This document shows positions 12,428 through 24,824 of a stretch of 64,000 nt of DNA, piece after piece. The stretch's first letter is position 1, and every line of letters begins with the position of its first letter. The translations under genes were made by a program, and so were the position numbers. Origin of the DNA: Octopus vulgaris (taxonomy: Eukaryota); contig OX597820.1 in assembly GCA_951406725.2 (NCBI GenBank), positions 112,654,001 through 112,718,000 on the forward strand, in the 5' to 3' direction. The notes beneath the pieces are model-generated. The model did not search any database and was not told the origin of the DNA. It saw nothing but the letters and a program-made list of their open reading frames with translations.

Positions 12428-12845
12428 AGACGGCGAGCTGGCAAAATGCTTAGCGGCATTTTATCCGTCTTCACGTTCTGAGTTCAGTTACCGCCGAGGT
12501 CAACTTGGCCTTTCATCCTTTCAGAGTCGATAAATCAATTACTAGTTGAACACCGAGGTCGATGTAATCGACTTTCTCCTCCCACAAAATTGCTGGATTT
12601 GTGCCAAAATTTGAAATCCTTATTAATATTATTAAGGTAGCAAGTTAGCAGAATCGTTAGCACGTCAGGCAAAATGCTTAGAGGCTTTTCGTCCGTCCTT
12701 ACGTTCTGAGTTCAAATTTCGCCTAGGTAGACTTTGTCTTTTATCCTTTTGGGGGTCGATAAAATAAGTACCAGTAGAGCACAGGGGTCGATGTAATCGA
12801 CTTCCCTTAAAATACCTGGCCTTATTCCAAAATTTGAATAACCAT
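12428..12845 (+). mobile_element. two tandem SINE family A copies
   Basis: Heads at ~12428 (GACGGCGAGCTGGC) and ~12636 (GGTAGCAAGTTAGCAGAATCG), each with the GCCTTTCATCC core. Confidence 0.85.
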
Positions 12846-12859
12846 TATTCATGCTAGCA

Positions 12860-13170
12860 GCGAGCAAGAGCGACGACTTTCTTGGGGAGGCTAAGCGTCG
12901 ACAAGAATCAATTGGTTGATCTTTCCAGAGGATATTCGCTCCAGCTTCTCACATCTAGACGCCATAGATTCTCACAGCCATTTCTGCTGCTACAGCTGCT
13001 ATTATGGTCTCTGCTTCTCAGAGTTGCGCAGAGTTTATTGTACCTTTACACAGGTAATCCATTCATCATCACTCGTCTCTTTTCCACATATTTTCTAGGA
13101 ATCTCTGGCCTGTTAATGCTACCAGTGGTGAGGTGCATTTCCAGTTCGAGATAAACTTTACAAGAAAGGG
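12860..13170 (+). mobile_element. LINE 3' coding fragment (CR1/Jockey/I group), inverted partner of 13230-13950
   Basis: Encodes YYGLCFSEL; 12939-13095 is the reverse complement of 13375-13525. Confidence 0.55.
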
Positions 13171-13229
13171 CTGGATCCACTGTTTTCGTGAGACCTAGGC
13201 CCGTGAGATCCTATCAACATTTATATGTT

Positions 13230-13950
13230 AATGTTTGATGCTGTTACTCTCTGCAAGTCAATACCAGCAGTGAAGGCACGAGAAGAAAACAAGTTCTAGA
13301 AAGCCAACTCGCTGGGAAGGAAGGATTAGACATAGTGCCGAGTGTGGACCTTGGTGTGGGAGTGGACGGACAACAAAAGTGATGAACGGAGAAGGGACGA
13401 GTGATGGTGACGGGATTACCTGCCTAAAGGTGCCATAAGCTCTGTGCACCTCTGAGAAGCAGAGACCATAATACCAGCAAAAAAGGCTGTGAAAAGACAT
13501 GACGTCTAGGTACGAGAAGCTGGAGTGAGGGATTTCATGTTAATCAGTCGGACTGGCCATTTCCGGATGCAGTCTAAGATAATTGAGTGTAGCAGTAGCA
13601 GCATCATCCTAAATGTGAGGGTAGTACTCAATTACTATGGGCCTCATTTGAGCTTTGTAGATTATCAAGCTGAGGTGTCTTCTGGACCTGAAGAGGAGCA
13701 GTGCTTGGGATGCGTTGCAAGCTGTCTTAACGATATGGTTTCGTCAAAAGAGATCCTTATCATTAGAAGCATTTGTGAAAGCTGCTTTTGAATGTTATTC
13801 ACGAATACAGGCGAGTGGGTGTGATGATGATGATGCTTTATTTTTTCATGTGAGAAACGTTATACAGTGTCTCAGAATAGGATCTAGGGCAAAATAATAG
13901 GAATTGGTAAGTGGTAAGAGTCTGGTGAGGATGAAAACAGAATTGCTAGA
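13230..13950 (-). mobile_element. degenerate LINE ORF2 C-terminal fragment (CR1/Jockey/I group)
   Basis: Minus-strand translation across frameshifts gives IYKAQMRP..EYYPHI...VRLIN...SLFCWYYGLCFSE, resembling the post-RT YKAQIRP.LEYCSHIW / YY.GLCS.EL motifs. Confidence 0.6.
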
Positions 13951-14328
13951 TATTAAGTTTAGAAGATATTTAAAGGGGAACTAGGAAATGGAAAGGAGTG
14001 TAGCTGGATCCGTGAAGACAGAAACGCTTGGTTGGTAGAGGACTGTGTAAAGATTAAAATTGTAGTGTAAACAGAGCACGCACACTCATACATACATATA
14101 TATCTATAATAATAAGTCGTTTTGACTTGTACACTTTATTTCGCCTTACTGCTTATTCAACAAGTTTAGTTGAATAAACCACCAGGCGATGCTTACACTT
14201 CTAGTTAAAATCATTTTGGAAATAAATTCAGTATTGAGTCTCTCCATCATTAAATGTTCTGTTGTTATACTTAAAATTGCTTTAAAAATTCCCTTGATTT
14301 AGCACACAAACATATATGTGTGCTTGTC

Positions 14329-14430
14329 TATGTATGTATGTATGTATGTATGTATGTATGTATGTATCTATGTATGTATGTATGTATGTATGTAAGTAAG
14401 TATGTGTGTGTGTATGTATGTATGTATGTA
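14329..14430. repeat. (ATGT)n microsatellite
   Basis: Direct reading. Confidence 0.95.
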
Positions 14431-14507
14431 TAATGTTTCTAAATCAAGACTTACAGGGAAGACATGACCAAAGAGGGAATTACAAAAGCAAATGCATTTA
14501 TATTTTT

Positions 14508-14670
14508 GAGATGAGGAATTACGTACATTATTTACAATAGACGGATATGTATCCTCATCTTGTTTGTTGTTATCACAACATTTCGGCTTATGTTCTCTCC
14601 AGCCTTCATCAGGTGTTCTGCTAGAGTTTCAAAGCCAACCCTTTCTTTGACTAATAAACAGACCAATAAG
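14508..14670 (-). mobile_element. Penelope-like pseudo-LTR fragment with minimal hammerhead motif
   Basis: Minus strand: AACAC-CTGATGA-A-GGCT..AGCC-GAAA-TGTT-GTGAT (core at 14612-14606); inverted partner at 15093-15244. Confidence 0.6.
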
Positions 14671-15085
14671 CAGGAGTGGCTGTGTGGTAAGTAGCTTGCT
14701 AACCAACCACATAGTTCCGGGTTCAGTCCCACTGCGTGGCACCTTGGGCAAGTGTCTTCTACTATAGCCTCGGGCCGACCAAAGCCTTGTGAGTGGATTT
14801 GGTGGATGGAAACTGAAAGAAGCTCGTCGTATATATGTGTGTGTGTGTGTCTACGTGTCAGTGTTTGCCCCCGCCCCCTCCAACATCGCTTGACAACCGA
14901 TGCTGGTGTGTTTACGTCCCCGTAACTTAGCGATTCGACAAAACAGACTAATAGACTAGGCTTACAACAGACCAACAGACTAGGCTTACAAAGAATAAGT
15001 CTTGGGGTCGATTTGATCGACTAAAGGCGGTGCTCCAGCATGGCCACAGTCAAATGACTGAAACAAGTAAGAGAGTAAAAGAGAG
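14671..15085 (+). mobile_element. SINE family C (tRNA head, CORE-like domain, central microsatellite), full length
   Basis: TGGCTGTGTGG A box, GGTTCAGTCCC B box, ACCTTGGGCAAGT CORE-like motif, tail GACTGAAACAAGTAAGAGAG. Confidence 0.9.
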
Positions 15086-15092
15086 TGTACCC

Positions 15093-15244
15093 CATTAGTC
15101 AAATAAAGGGTCGGGTTCGAAATTCCACCAGAACAGCTGATGAAGGTTGGAGAGTATATCAGCCGAAACGTGATAACAACAAACAAGATGAGGCCACTTA
15201 TCCGTCCATTGTTATTGTGTCATATATACTATACTTATCACCTC
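15093..15244 (+). mobile_element. Penelope-like pseudo-LTR fragment with decayed hammerhead motif
   Basis: CTGATGA at 15137-15143, GGTTG/CAGCC stem, GAAACG at 15165-15170; reverse complement of 14508-14655. Confidence 0.6.
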
Positions 15245-15453
15245 AAATAGACTCAGAAAGATAGGCATATATTCATCAAGTAGGTGACACTCAATTTTCC
15301 GAAGTTGTTGGTAAGTATATTATTCAATTAAAAAAAAAATTAGAAACACATTATTCCGATATTTATATACAGGTGTAACTGGATACCCTTCCTAAAAAGA
15401 AATTCTTAACTGTGAAATATCTGTGAGCATGCGTGTGTGATTAATACATGCAA

Positions 15454-15543
<90 letters not shown>
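15454..15543. repeat. (GATA)n microsatellite
   Basis: Direct reading. Confidence 0.95.
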
Positions 15544-15689
15544 GGTTATGCATGTTGCTAAGTGAATAAATGTATTCATAGATAAATGGGTAGAAAGGTT
15601 TAGCCGAAAGTCCGTCAGACTGCAGCCATTGGGAGAACAATTACAAACAACATTCCATCCCTAAACTTTAAACACCTCGCTTTATCTTG

Positions 15690-16720
15690 TTCGCATAGTA
15701 AGCTACGGAATTCTTATTTCCTGTAATTCAGACCGCCTCATGGTCCCGGCAGACAAAATGGGAAAGGTGTTGACTCGGAGGATGGCGAGGGAGATGCTCT
15801 GGAACACCCACTCTGACAGACACTCACGGTGAGCAAGGGTGTGGTCCGGGGCCCAGAACGCCGGAGGTCTCCACTCCCAAAGGCTCAACCAAAAACCGAT
15901 ACTTTGACAGTTTGCTTTTCTCAGCCTGACGAGTAGCGGCGCCTGGGCTGGTAGTTGAACACACTAAGTTGCCACCGGAGAAAGTATCACAGTATGTGGC
16001 ATTCCAGACGAGGGCCTACCGCTAAGGAATGGGAAAATTGTCATATCGTCATGCTTCTTACCATACCTATTTCTCTATTACCCACAAGGGGCCAAACACA
16101 GAGGGGACAAACAAGGACAGACATAGGTATTAAGTCGATTACATCGACCCCAGTGCGTAACTGGTACTTAATTTATCGACCCCGAAAGGATGAAAGGCAA
16201 AGTCGACCTCGGCGGAATTTGAACTCACAACGTAACGCAGACGAAATACCTATTTCTATTTCTTTATTACCCACAAGGGGCTAAACACAGAAGGGACAAA
16301 TAAGGACAGACATAGGTATTAAGTCGATTACATCAACCCCAGTGCGTAACTGGTACTTAATTTATCGACCCCGAAAGGCTGAAAGGCAAAGTCGACCTCG
16401 GCGGAATTTGAACTCACAACGTAATGCAGACGAAATACCGCTAAGCATTTCGCCCGGCGTGCTAACGTTTCTGCCAGCTCGCCGCCTTACATGCTTTTTA
16501 CCATACCCTCGGTCTAACCCCGCAGGCTTGAGCTGAGAAGGAAAGCCTGCACCGTGTAGACCATGCTTTTTATGATTCTGTTAAAGGCGACATGATAGCC
16601 TGACAATGGGAGGTGGGGCCGAAAGAACCTACAGTGGATCGGCAGTGGCATTCGTTAGACTCAGACTTGGAGGCTGAACCTCAGAGAAACGCCGATGCGC
16701 AGACAGTCATAAATACTTGC
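15690..16720 (-). mobile_element. CRE-clade non-LTR retrotransposon, restriction-like endonuclease C-terminus (degenerate, split by a SINE dimer)
   Basis: Minus-strand translation across frameshifts: LRIGVSLR...AGFPSQLKPAGLDRGYGK[SINE]..DMTIFPF...LVWNATYCDTF...AEKSKLSKY..EPLGVETSGVLGP...WVFQSISLAILRVN, matching the CRE-type RPDG.T..P...LVWD.T / FQR.S.AI.RGN pattern. Confidence 0.8.
16063..16486 (-). mobile_element. SINE family A tandem dimer
   Basis: Full copy at 16246-16486 plus a head-less copy at 16063-16250; TSD CATGCTTYTTACCATACC at 16050-16067 and 16490-16507. Confidence 0.9.
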
Positions 16721-16992
16721 AGATACAACAGTTAAGCATATAGATTGATGCCCACGTATACCTTGCTATCAGATACACGTGAATATTTAAACACTAACGC
16801 ACATCATGTGTGTGTGTGTGTGGGGGGGGACATGGCGATACGAACACGTATAATATAAGTCAATGATATGCAGTTCAAGAATAAATGTATTTTAAAATTT
16901 ATTGGTGTAACAACAGTTAAGCCACCGAAGAGATTCGACCTCCGAGAGTTTCTTGCACTGCACTTAACAAACTCTGATAAGAGTCACTCTTG

Positions 16993-17044
<52 letters not shown>

Positions 17045-17785
17045 AATAGGTTTAAAGTAATAGCCTTAACCCCCAGCTTCCCCACTTCTGCTCTGATTAT
17101 GTAACTTGAAATAGCATTGAAATGTTTTGGCAGGTATTACCAACTAACCATTTACACACATGCACACACGCACGCAAACGCATACGCACACGCAAATACA
17201 CACACACACACACACACACTTCAAAACAAACTCATCATGGCACATCATCTCAGAAATATATACCTATAGGCCGCGAGCCAAAGAGCGAACCTTGACGCAG
17301 CCGTTTAACCTAGTAGAAGTAGCAGCCACATACTCCTATAACACTATCATTTATATAAATAGAAAGGATATATGAGATATATATAAGAATAATCCCACCG
17401 AGTACAATGGTACTCGATCCGTATTGACCTGGATTTAAGCAAATCCACGTCTAAAGGCTGACGGGAATTTCATCAAGAGGAAATAACTCTAAACTTACTA
17501 TTTTGCATAAAATAACATACAAGTATTATTTCAACGGAAGGAAACTAACATCAGATGGTATAATTAAAAGTATTAAGTGATTTCAGTGAACACAAAGAAA
17601 TTGCATGCATACATTCAGCTCTCTCTCTCTCTCTTTCTACTACACCACACACATACACAAATGTATAGTAAAGCATTTTGAGGTAGCGGACATGGGGTCT
17701 ACTACAGTATTTCTTTACGCCCTCGCTTCGGGACATATTTTTTTACTTTAAAAGTTTATAAGAAGGAAAGAGGTGAGGAGGATGG

Positions 17786-17807
17786 AAATAAATAAATAAA
17801 TAAATAA

Positions 17808-17897
<90 letters not shown>

Positions 17898-17975
17898 ATG
17901 TATGTATGTATATATGTATGTATGTATGTATGTATGTTTGTATGTATGTATGTATGTATGTATGTATGTATGTAT
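17786..17975. repeat. compound (AAAT)n/(TA)n/(GT)n/(ATGT)n microsatellite
   Basis: Direct reading. Confidence 0.95.
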
Positions 17976-18214
17976 AAACAAAAGATACACTCGTATATAT
18001 ATAAAGGAATAAAAAGGAAAAATCTAGTTAAGCTTTGGTTTATTTTTTTCCTTACCTATCATTTATGAGCATTAATACCCATAATCACATATAGGTAAGA
18101 CACCCGTTAATTCATTGGGTACAAGTATCCCTTAGTGGTTGTATCCTCTAACGTACCTCACCTCTCTCTCTCTCCCTCTCCCATTCTCTCTCTCCCCTTC
18201 TCCCCTCTCTCTCT

Positions 18215-18284
18215 CTATATATATATACTTGTAGGTATATGTATATATATATATGCACATAAATGTATGCCTATATATATGTAG

Positions 18285-18316
<32 letters not shown>

Positions 18317-18466
18317 GTATGCATGTATGTATGTATGTATCTATCTATCTGTATGTATGTATGTATGTATGTATGTATGTATGTATGTATGTATGTGTAT
18401 ACATGTACATAGATATATATATATCTAGATATGTGTATACACATGTATGTAGATATCTATATGTAC

Positions 18467-18514
<48 letters not shown>

Positions 18515-18742
18515 ATGTGTGTGTAGATATATATATGTGCATATATATATGTATATTTGTTACTGTCCGAAACGGTGGTGACTTCTGGGACTGAGGAAAG
18601 AAGGCTACGAATGACCTGTCTTTTTTTTGCCTGTCCTAATTGTTATTTCTCTTGTCCGCCTTGTATCGTCTATCTGTCGGAATGTTTAATTGTACTCTAC
18701 TGCGTTTTTCTTCCATATGTGTGTGTGTGTGTGTGTGTATAC

Positions 18743-18808
<66 letters not shown>

Positions 18809-18860
18809 ATATATATATACATATATGTATATATATATATACGTATATACATAGATATAT
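18215..18860. repeat. TA/GT/ATCT/ATGT microsatellite cluster with a ~160-bp non-simple insert (18557-18715)
   Basis: Direct reading. Confidence 0.9.
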
Positions 18861-19767
18861 ATGTAGAAAATCGGTGTGTGTTTGTTTGTGGCATTGTTAG
18901 CTAACTTCTCCGACATCGTTTTATTGATTTTGATGAAACTTGACACATGAGTAGAACCCATGTCTGGAAATCCTCGTGACATACTTAGATTGTTGAAAAA
19001 ATTCGATAATAGGGCCCTTCCAATGGATCCTTCTATCTACTACATATACTAATATTTTACTTAAACAACCCAAGGAAAATAACCAATACCACCAGCAGAT
19101 TTTAGCAAAGCGATCAATATTTGATTCTCACGATCAGCCGACTTAATTTTGCATTTCGCTACTCTCAGTTTTGAACGGCTAAACATTATTTTTGCATTTC
19201 CTTAATTTGATTCTTAAGCTGTAAAGACTTCATTCATACATTTCTATACACATACTTTTTTGAATGCCCATTATTCCTTTAATTCTGCATTTTTACAGTT
19301 ACACTTTTTCCATGACAGTAGATAATTTTTTTTATTCCACATCGTTTTTTTGGTGGCTTCATGCAGGCATAGCGTGACTTTGATCCTTGATTGCCAAATT
19401 TCACTTAACACTTCAACAGCGCTTTTCTCACAGAAAAACAATAGTTTTTTCTGTGAATGGCAGCAGTTATACATTCCCCAGATGCTTTTGCTAAGTAGAA
19501 TAATGTCTTTGCCTCTCGCCAACCTCCGACAACCTCTCTCACCAACCTCCGACAATCTTTCTCGCCAACCTCCGAAAACCCCTCTCGCCAACTTCCAACA
19601 ATCTCTCCCTCCTCCAGCTGACAATTTTTTCTACTTTTTCTTGGCGGAAAATACACCTTTTGTGGCAGTTATAGCGAAATTGCTTTCTTATATCAGAGTA
19701 ATATGGCATTTCAATAGAACATCTTTAGAACATCTTTATCCTCGGGAATTACCGGGCACATAAGCTA

Positions 19768-19768
<1 letters not shown>
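18855..19768 (+). mobile_element. non-autonomous Helitron-like element
   Basis: 3' GC hairpin CCTCGG-GAATTA-CCGGG followed by CTAG|T (19765-19769); 5' part has (GTTT) repeat and GATTTTGATGAAACT motif; 5' boundary uncertain. Confidence 0.6.
19513..19625 (+). repeat. 23-bp minisatellite (CTCTCGCCAACCTCCGACAACCT) x4-5 inside the Helitron
   Basis: Direct reading. Confidence 0.85.
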
Positions 19769-19859
<91 letters not shown>

Positions 19860-20104
19860 AGTAGGTGTATGATATAAATAGAGAGAGAGAACGAGGGAGG
19901 GTGTTGGATCCTCTAAAGACTAGCAAAGCAATTTAGAAATGTGAAACCTTCAGGTCCATAATTCAGTGTTGTGTTAGGTTTCCTCGATATAGGTTACATA
20001 ACATACTAACAACACAGAAGTCTCAGTTTCAGTAGCGTGTCCACGTGTCTGTAAACATATATATCCGTGATTTCTAAGTGTACTATTAGATAGATATATA
20101 TAGT

Positions 20105-20242
20105 CGACAACTATTGAAAAGACGCAACGAAAATTTTAGAAAATTTTAGAAAAAATAAACAAGTAAATGAGTGGAAATTTTACCGGTGCGTGTGTTAAAT
20201 TATAAGGGAGTAGAAGAGAATGACTCTCCCCAGACACAACAG

Positions 20243-20245
<3 letters not shown>
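20105..20245 (+). mobile_element. single arm of the Penelope-like repeat that forms the palindrome at 39195-39478
   Basis: AACTATTGAAAAGACGCAACGAAAATTTTAG...GTGGAAATTTTACC...GACTCTCCCCAGACACAACAG. Confidence 0.65.
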
Positions 20246-20314
<69 letters not shown>

Positions 20315-21047
20315 TCAGCAGTGGCTGAGAGAAACAGAATAGGGTGTTAAAGCGTTGTTAAGGAAACCAGTCAATATGAAGCTAACGAAACCACTTGCTA
20401 CCTACTCACCATCAAACCAGCCTCCATATCAACCATTTCTGAGCGATACCCACCACCCCTTACCATTTACAGGCACGCAACACGCACACACACACACACA
20501 CACACATAATTATATATATATACACACACACACACAAATATAACAACAAAGTGAATGAACTCATTCAATGGAATGACGGTATTTCTACATGATTTAGGGT
20601 GATAGAGAGCGAGAGATATGAAGCCTGAAAGAGGTGGATATAAGGGAGAGTGTAAGTGAAAGAGAGAGAGAAGAAGAATGAAAGAGGAGGAGAGAAAGAG
20701 TTAGTAAGTTCTTATGTACCGGGTTAATTGTAAAGTACAGTAGTACGTTTATATACATGTGCGTGTGTTGCTGATAGATGTATTTATGAAATGTGGGTCA
20801 GAGTCGGTGAAATCTGGGCCAAAGTAGGTGGATTGCTTCAAGTGACGTAAGTTGTTAGAATAGAGCAGCAGCTCGGCGTTATAACATTTTTTGCTTACTT
20901 CACTGACAGAGAAATGGTTTGTGGGGGATGGGTAGAGTGTATGATGGTGGTACGATGGAGAGATTGTGGGGCGACTGGGAATAAACATGACAAAATCGTA
21001 AGCATACATAAACACACGGACACACACATAAAATAACAACAAATATT

Positions 21048-21194
21048 GTATGTATATTCATTAATATTTAGCAGAAGCAACAAGGTGACTCAAGGACCGA
21101 GAGTTTCGTGGGTTGGCTCTTATCAAACGCACGAAGCTTTCGGTCCTGGAGTCACTCTGTTACTTTCGCTACATATTAATAAAATATACATATA
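21048..21194. mobile_element. inverted Penelope-like pseudo-LTR pair with decayed hammerhead at the apex
   Basis: Arms ~21048-21110 and ~21130-21194; minus strand reads TTGATAA-GAG..CAC-GAAA-CTC-TC-GGTCC. Confidence 0.5.
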
Positions 21195-21364
21195 CTCATA
21201 TTTTGAGTTTTTTTTTTTCCTGTTTGCATCACCATATCTGTTTGTGTGCGTGTGTATGTGTGTGTGTGTGAGTGTGAGAGAGAGTGTGTGTGCATATATA
21301 TGTCTATATATATATATGTATATATCTATATACGTATATATGTAAATATATATATGTATGTAAA

Positions 21365-21447
<83 letters not shown>

Positions 21448-21495
21448 ATATATATTTATATGTGTATATATATATGTGTATATATGTATGTAACC

Positions 21496-21530
<35 letters not shown>

Positions 21531-21534
<4 letters not shown>

Positions 21535-21740
21535 CTTTATTGCCCACAGAGGGGCTAAACATAGAGGGGACAAACAAAGGGATTAACACGATTACATTGA
21601 CCCCACTGCGTAACTGGTACTTATTTAATCGACCCCGAAAGGATGAAAGGCTAAGTTAATCTCGGCGGAATTTGAACTCAGAACGTAACGGCAGACGAAA
21701 TACTGCTAAGAATTTCGCCCAGAGTGCTAACGATTCTGTA
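21531..21740 (-). mobile_element. SINE family A embedded in (TA)n
   Basis: CCCCGAAAGGATGAAAGGC...CGGAATTTGAACTC. Confidence 0.85.
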
Positions 21741-21742
21741 TG

Positions 21743-21882
<140 letters not shown>

Positions 21883-22074
21883 GTATAACAACATGAAAAA
21901 CGGTGGCAAACTTGGGTATGCGAACAGTGAGAGAAACAAATAGAAAGCAAGACATGACATACTCGTGAGCATACATTCACACACACACACACACACACAC
22001 AATATAACATTAGTTTCTCTTGTTGTTCGCACACCCAAGTTTGCCTTCGTACTTCATGTATATGTATATGATGG

Positions 22075-22260
22075 TTTCAGATTTTGGCACTAAGCCAGTA
22101 ATTTCGGGGAAGAGATCAAGTCGATTATATCGCACCCAGTGCTTAACAGGTACTTATTTTACCGACCTGTAAAGGATACAAGGTAAAGTCGACCTCGGCG
22201 GGTTATGAACTCACAAGCATTTTGCCCGGCGTGCTAACGAGTCTGTCAGTTCGCTGCCTT
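22075..22260 (-). mobile_element. SINE family A
   Basis: AAAGTCGACCTCGGCG...GCCCGGCGTGCTAACG. Confidence 0.8.
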
Positions 22261-22277
22261 GTTGATGACGATGAATG

Positions 22278-22365
22278 CTCCCCAACCACATGGTTCCGGG
22301 TTCAGTCCAATTGCGTGGCACCTTGGGCAAGTGTCTTTTACTAGGCAGACGGAAACTGAAACAGG
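22278..22365 (+). mobile_element. SINE family C, 5' fragment
   Basis: CCACATGGTTCCGGGTTCAGTCC...ACCTTGGGCAAGTGTC. Confidence 0.75.
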
Positions 22366-22615
22366 TGATTAAGCTGAGTTGCATAAAGTGAAACTTCGAA
22401 GTCACAATCAAGAATAACTTTGATTGTACTTAAAATATTAAATATTTCTGTCGATAATGTTTCGTTGTTGTTTTTAAGTTAACACCCTCAAGAAATCTTT
22501 CCCATAAAATCCAGTAACGGAGCAGTTGCCCTAAGGTTCGTTACTGACGATTATTTCTACCGCAATACAGACAGATCCCAGTCATGTCTCAATTTACGTT
22601 GGTAATTGTTTCCAA

Positions 22616-22850
22616 GGCGGCGAGCTGGCAGAAACGTTAGCACGCCGGGCGAAATGCTTAGCGGTATTTCGTCTGCCGTTACGTTGTGAGTTCAAATTCC
22701 GCCGAGGTCGACTTTGCCTTTCATCCTTTCGGGGTCGATAAATTAAGTACCAGTTACGCACTGGGGTCGATGTAATCGATTTAATACCTATGTCTGTCCT
22801 TGTTTGTCCCCTCTGTGTTTAGCCCCTTGTGGGTAATAAAGAAATAGGTA
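22616..22850 (+). mobile_element. SINE family A, young full-length copy
   Basis: CpGs intact; TSD GGTAATTGTTTYCAAG at 22601-22616 and 22847-22862. Confidence 0.95.
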
Positions 22851-24310
22851 ATTGTTTTCAAGACAAATTAACTCGAAAAATGACATAACACGAAAAACCT
22901 TTTTGAAAATTCATTCGCTCATATCCGTTTTAATAAATTGGTTTGTACATATTTTCTCGTGGATTTTATTTGATTTTCCATTTCAATATTGGTTGTTAGG
23001 TGTGTTTTTTTTAATTCTACGCTTATAAAAATAATTTCGCTGTGACTGACGTACAATCGAATAAACTGATTGAAGTTAAGGTTATTTGGCGATCCTTCGG
23101 TATAAGTACACACGTGGCTTTGTTTACATTTCTGAAGTTAACAGAAACCCTTTTCTCCCACCCCTAACCCTAACACAAACCCTACCCCCCCCCTATATAA
23201 AAAACACACTTTCTTGAAATGTATCAGGTACTTCCGGTACTTATACCGAAGTTACGCCGGTTATTTTTTTTCATATTAATTTCTTTAAAGAAAAAACGAC
23301 GTGAAGTAAAAGAAAACTGGAAACGACGTAAGTTGGGGGTATGCCAGTACTTATTTTTAAGCCAAGTACTTTTAAGCCAAGTACTTTTAAGCCTAGTACA
23401 TAAAACACCGGCATGGACTTCTACTTAGCTATTTTATTTCCAAATGGTGATAAAGAGAGAGCCGCGCTCGCACAAGCACACATTTCCCGCTTCCAGTTTC
23501 ACTCACAAGGGTTGGTCGGCCTGAGACCATACTGAAAAACACTCAAGAGGAACCGAAACCAAGTGAGACCACATGGTTGCGAAGCGACACGCACCCCGCA
23601 CCCCCCCCACACACACAAGAGTGAAAGAAAGGGGTAGAGGATGGGGAATGGAGGGAATGTGCAGGTGAGATAATAGAAACAAGAGTTGTTGACGAATATG
23701 TTGATAAAGAAAAACGAAGACAAAATAGAAAATAAAGAGAGGGAGAGGGACAGGAAGGGGGACTTAAAGAGGGAACAATGATAGACAAAGGAAGGAGGGG
23801 GTTAAAGATGGGGACAATGATGGAGAGAGGAAGAGGCAGGAGTAGAAAGGGGGTGGAGTAAGAATGAAAAGAATTGGTATGCTCAGATAACAAACAATTC
23901 AACTAAAGGCTTCGGATTGGATACCAGACACCCAAGTCTTTAAGACTGATGTATTGTACCCAACACTACCAGCACAAGGTGTAAGGCCAGCGCACAACCA
24001 GCGACACCACAGGTGCCATCAATAAGTAACACTACCACCTACTAGAACAGCCGGTCCGTATATCATATGAGTGACTGTTCGATTTCTGACGACCTAGGGC
24101 TACACAGCATCATCATCATCATCATCATTATCATCTGCTTATCTCTTATCTACATTGATCTCTTGTCACATGCTGGAGGTTGTGGTGGTGGAGAAAGCAG
24201 TTTGGGTGAGGTGTACAGTCAAAAAAAGGGGAGGAGATAACCTTTTCAACAAATGGGTACTTTTGCAAACATTGTACTTGCTCTCTAACTAAACACTTAC
24301 CCTATGTGTG

Positions 24311-24382
<72 letters not shown>

Positions 24383-24386
24383 TATA

Positions 24387-24824
24387 GGATCTTTTCGGTT
24401 TGAACGGCAGCTTTTAACATAATTTCTAGGTAACTAAAAAATTTTAAACTTCGTCTACTGGTAGAATGTGTTTATAAAACATCTTTTTCTCTTGGCTTTA
24501 TTGAGAAAATTCCATAGTTTGTAAGATATTTGTTGTTGTTTTTCTTCAATTTCTGCAATTTCAACCAATCAATTACGTCTATTGAGGTAAAAAAAAAAAA
24601 CATTCTGTGCCGTATGAATAGGATCTTTTCCTTTTGATAAACAGAATTCAACACAATTTCTAGTTAACTAAACAATTTGAAACTTCGTATACTGGTAGAA
24701 TGTGTCAAAAGAAAACATTATTTTCACTTGGCTTTTTTGATAAATTTGTAATTCGGTTGTTTAACGTAGTTTAATTTTTCGAATTTTAACCAATCCTATG
24801 CTCTCCTTTGAGCTGAAATCATCG
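24387..24824 (+). mobile_element. DNA-transposon-like repeat with internal tandem duplication, truncated by the Gypsy element
   Basis: GGATCTTTTC at 24387 and 24621; AATTTCTAG.TAACTAAA..AAACTTCGT.TACTGGTAGAATGTGT occurs twice. Confidence 0.5.

Noticed and set aside
18557-18715. GAAAC...CTGAGGA as a permuted hammerhead
   Set aside because: Stems I-III cannot be paired; probably a repeat fragment, but no ribozyme fold is supported
19513-19625. Regularly spaced repeats resembling a CRISPR array
   Set aside because: Contiguous 23-bp tandem units without unique spacers, in eukaryotic context; a minisatellite
23155-23400. CCCTAACCCTAA telomere-like motif and a 15-bp x3 tandem repeat
   Set aside because: Only 2-3 units; more likely internal to an unclassified interspersed repeat than an interstitial telomere
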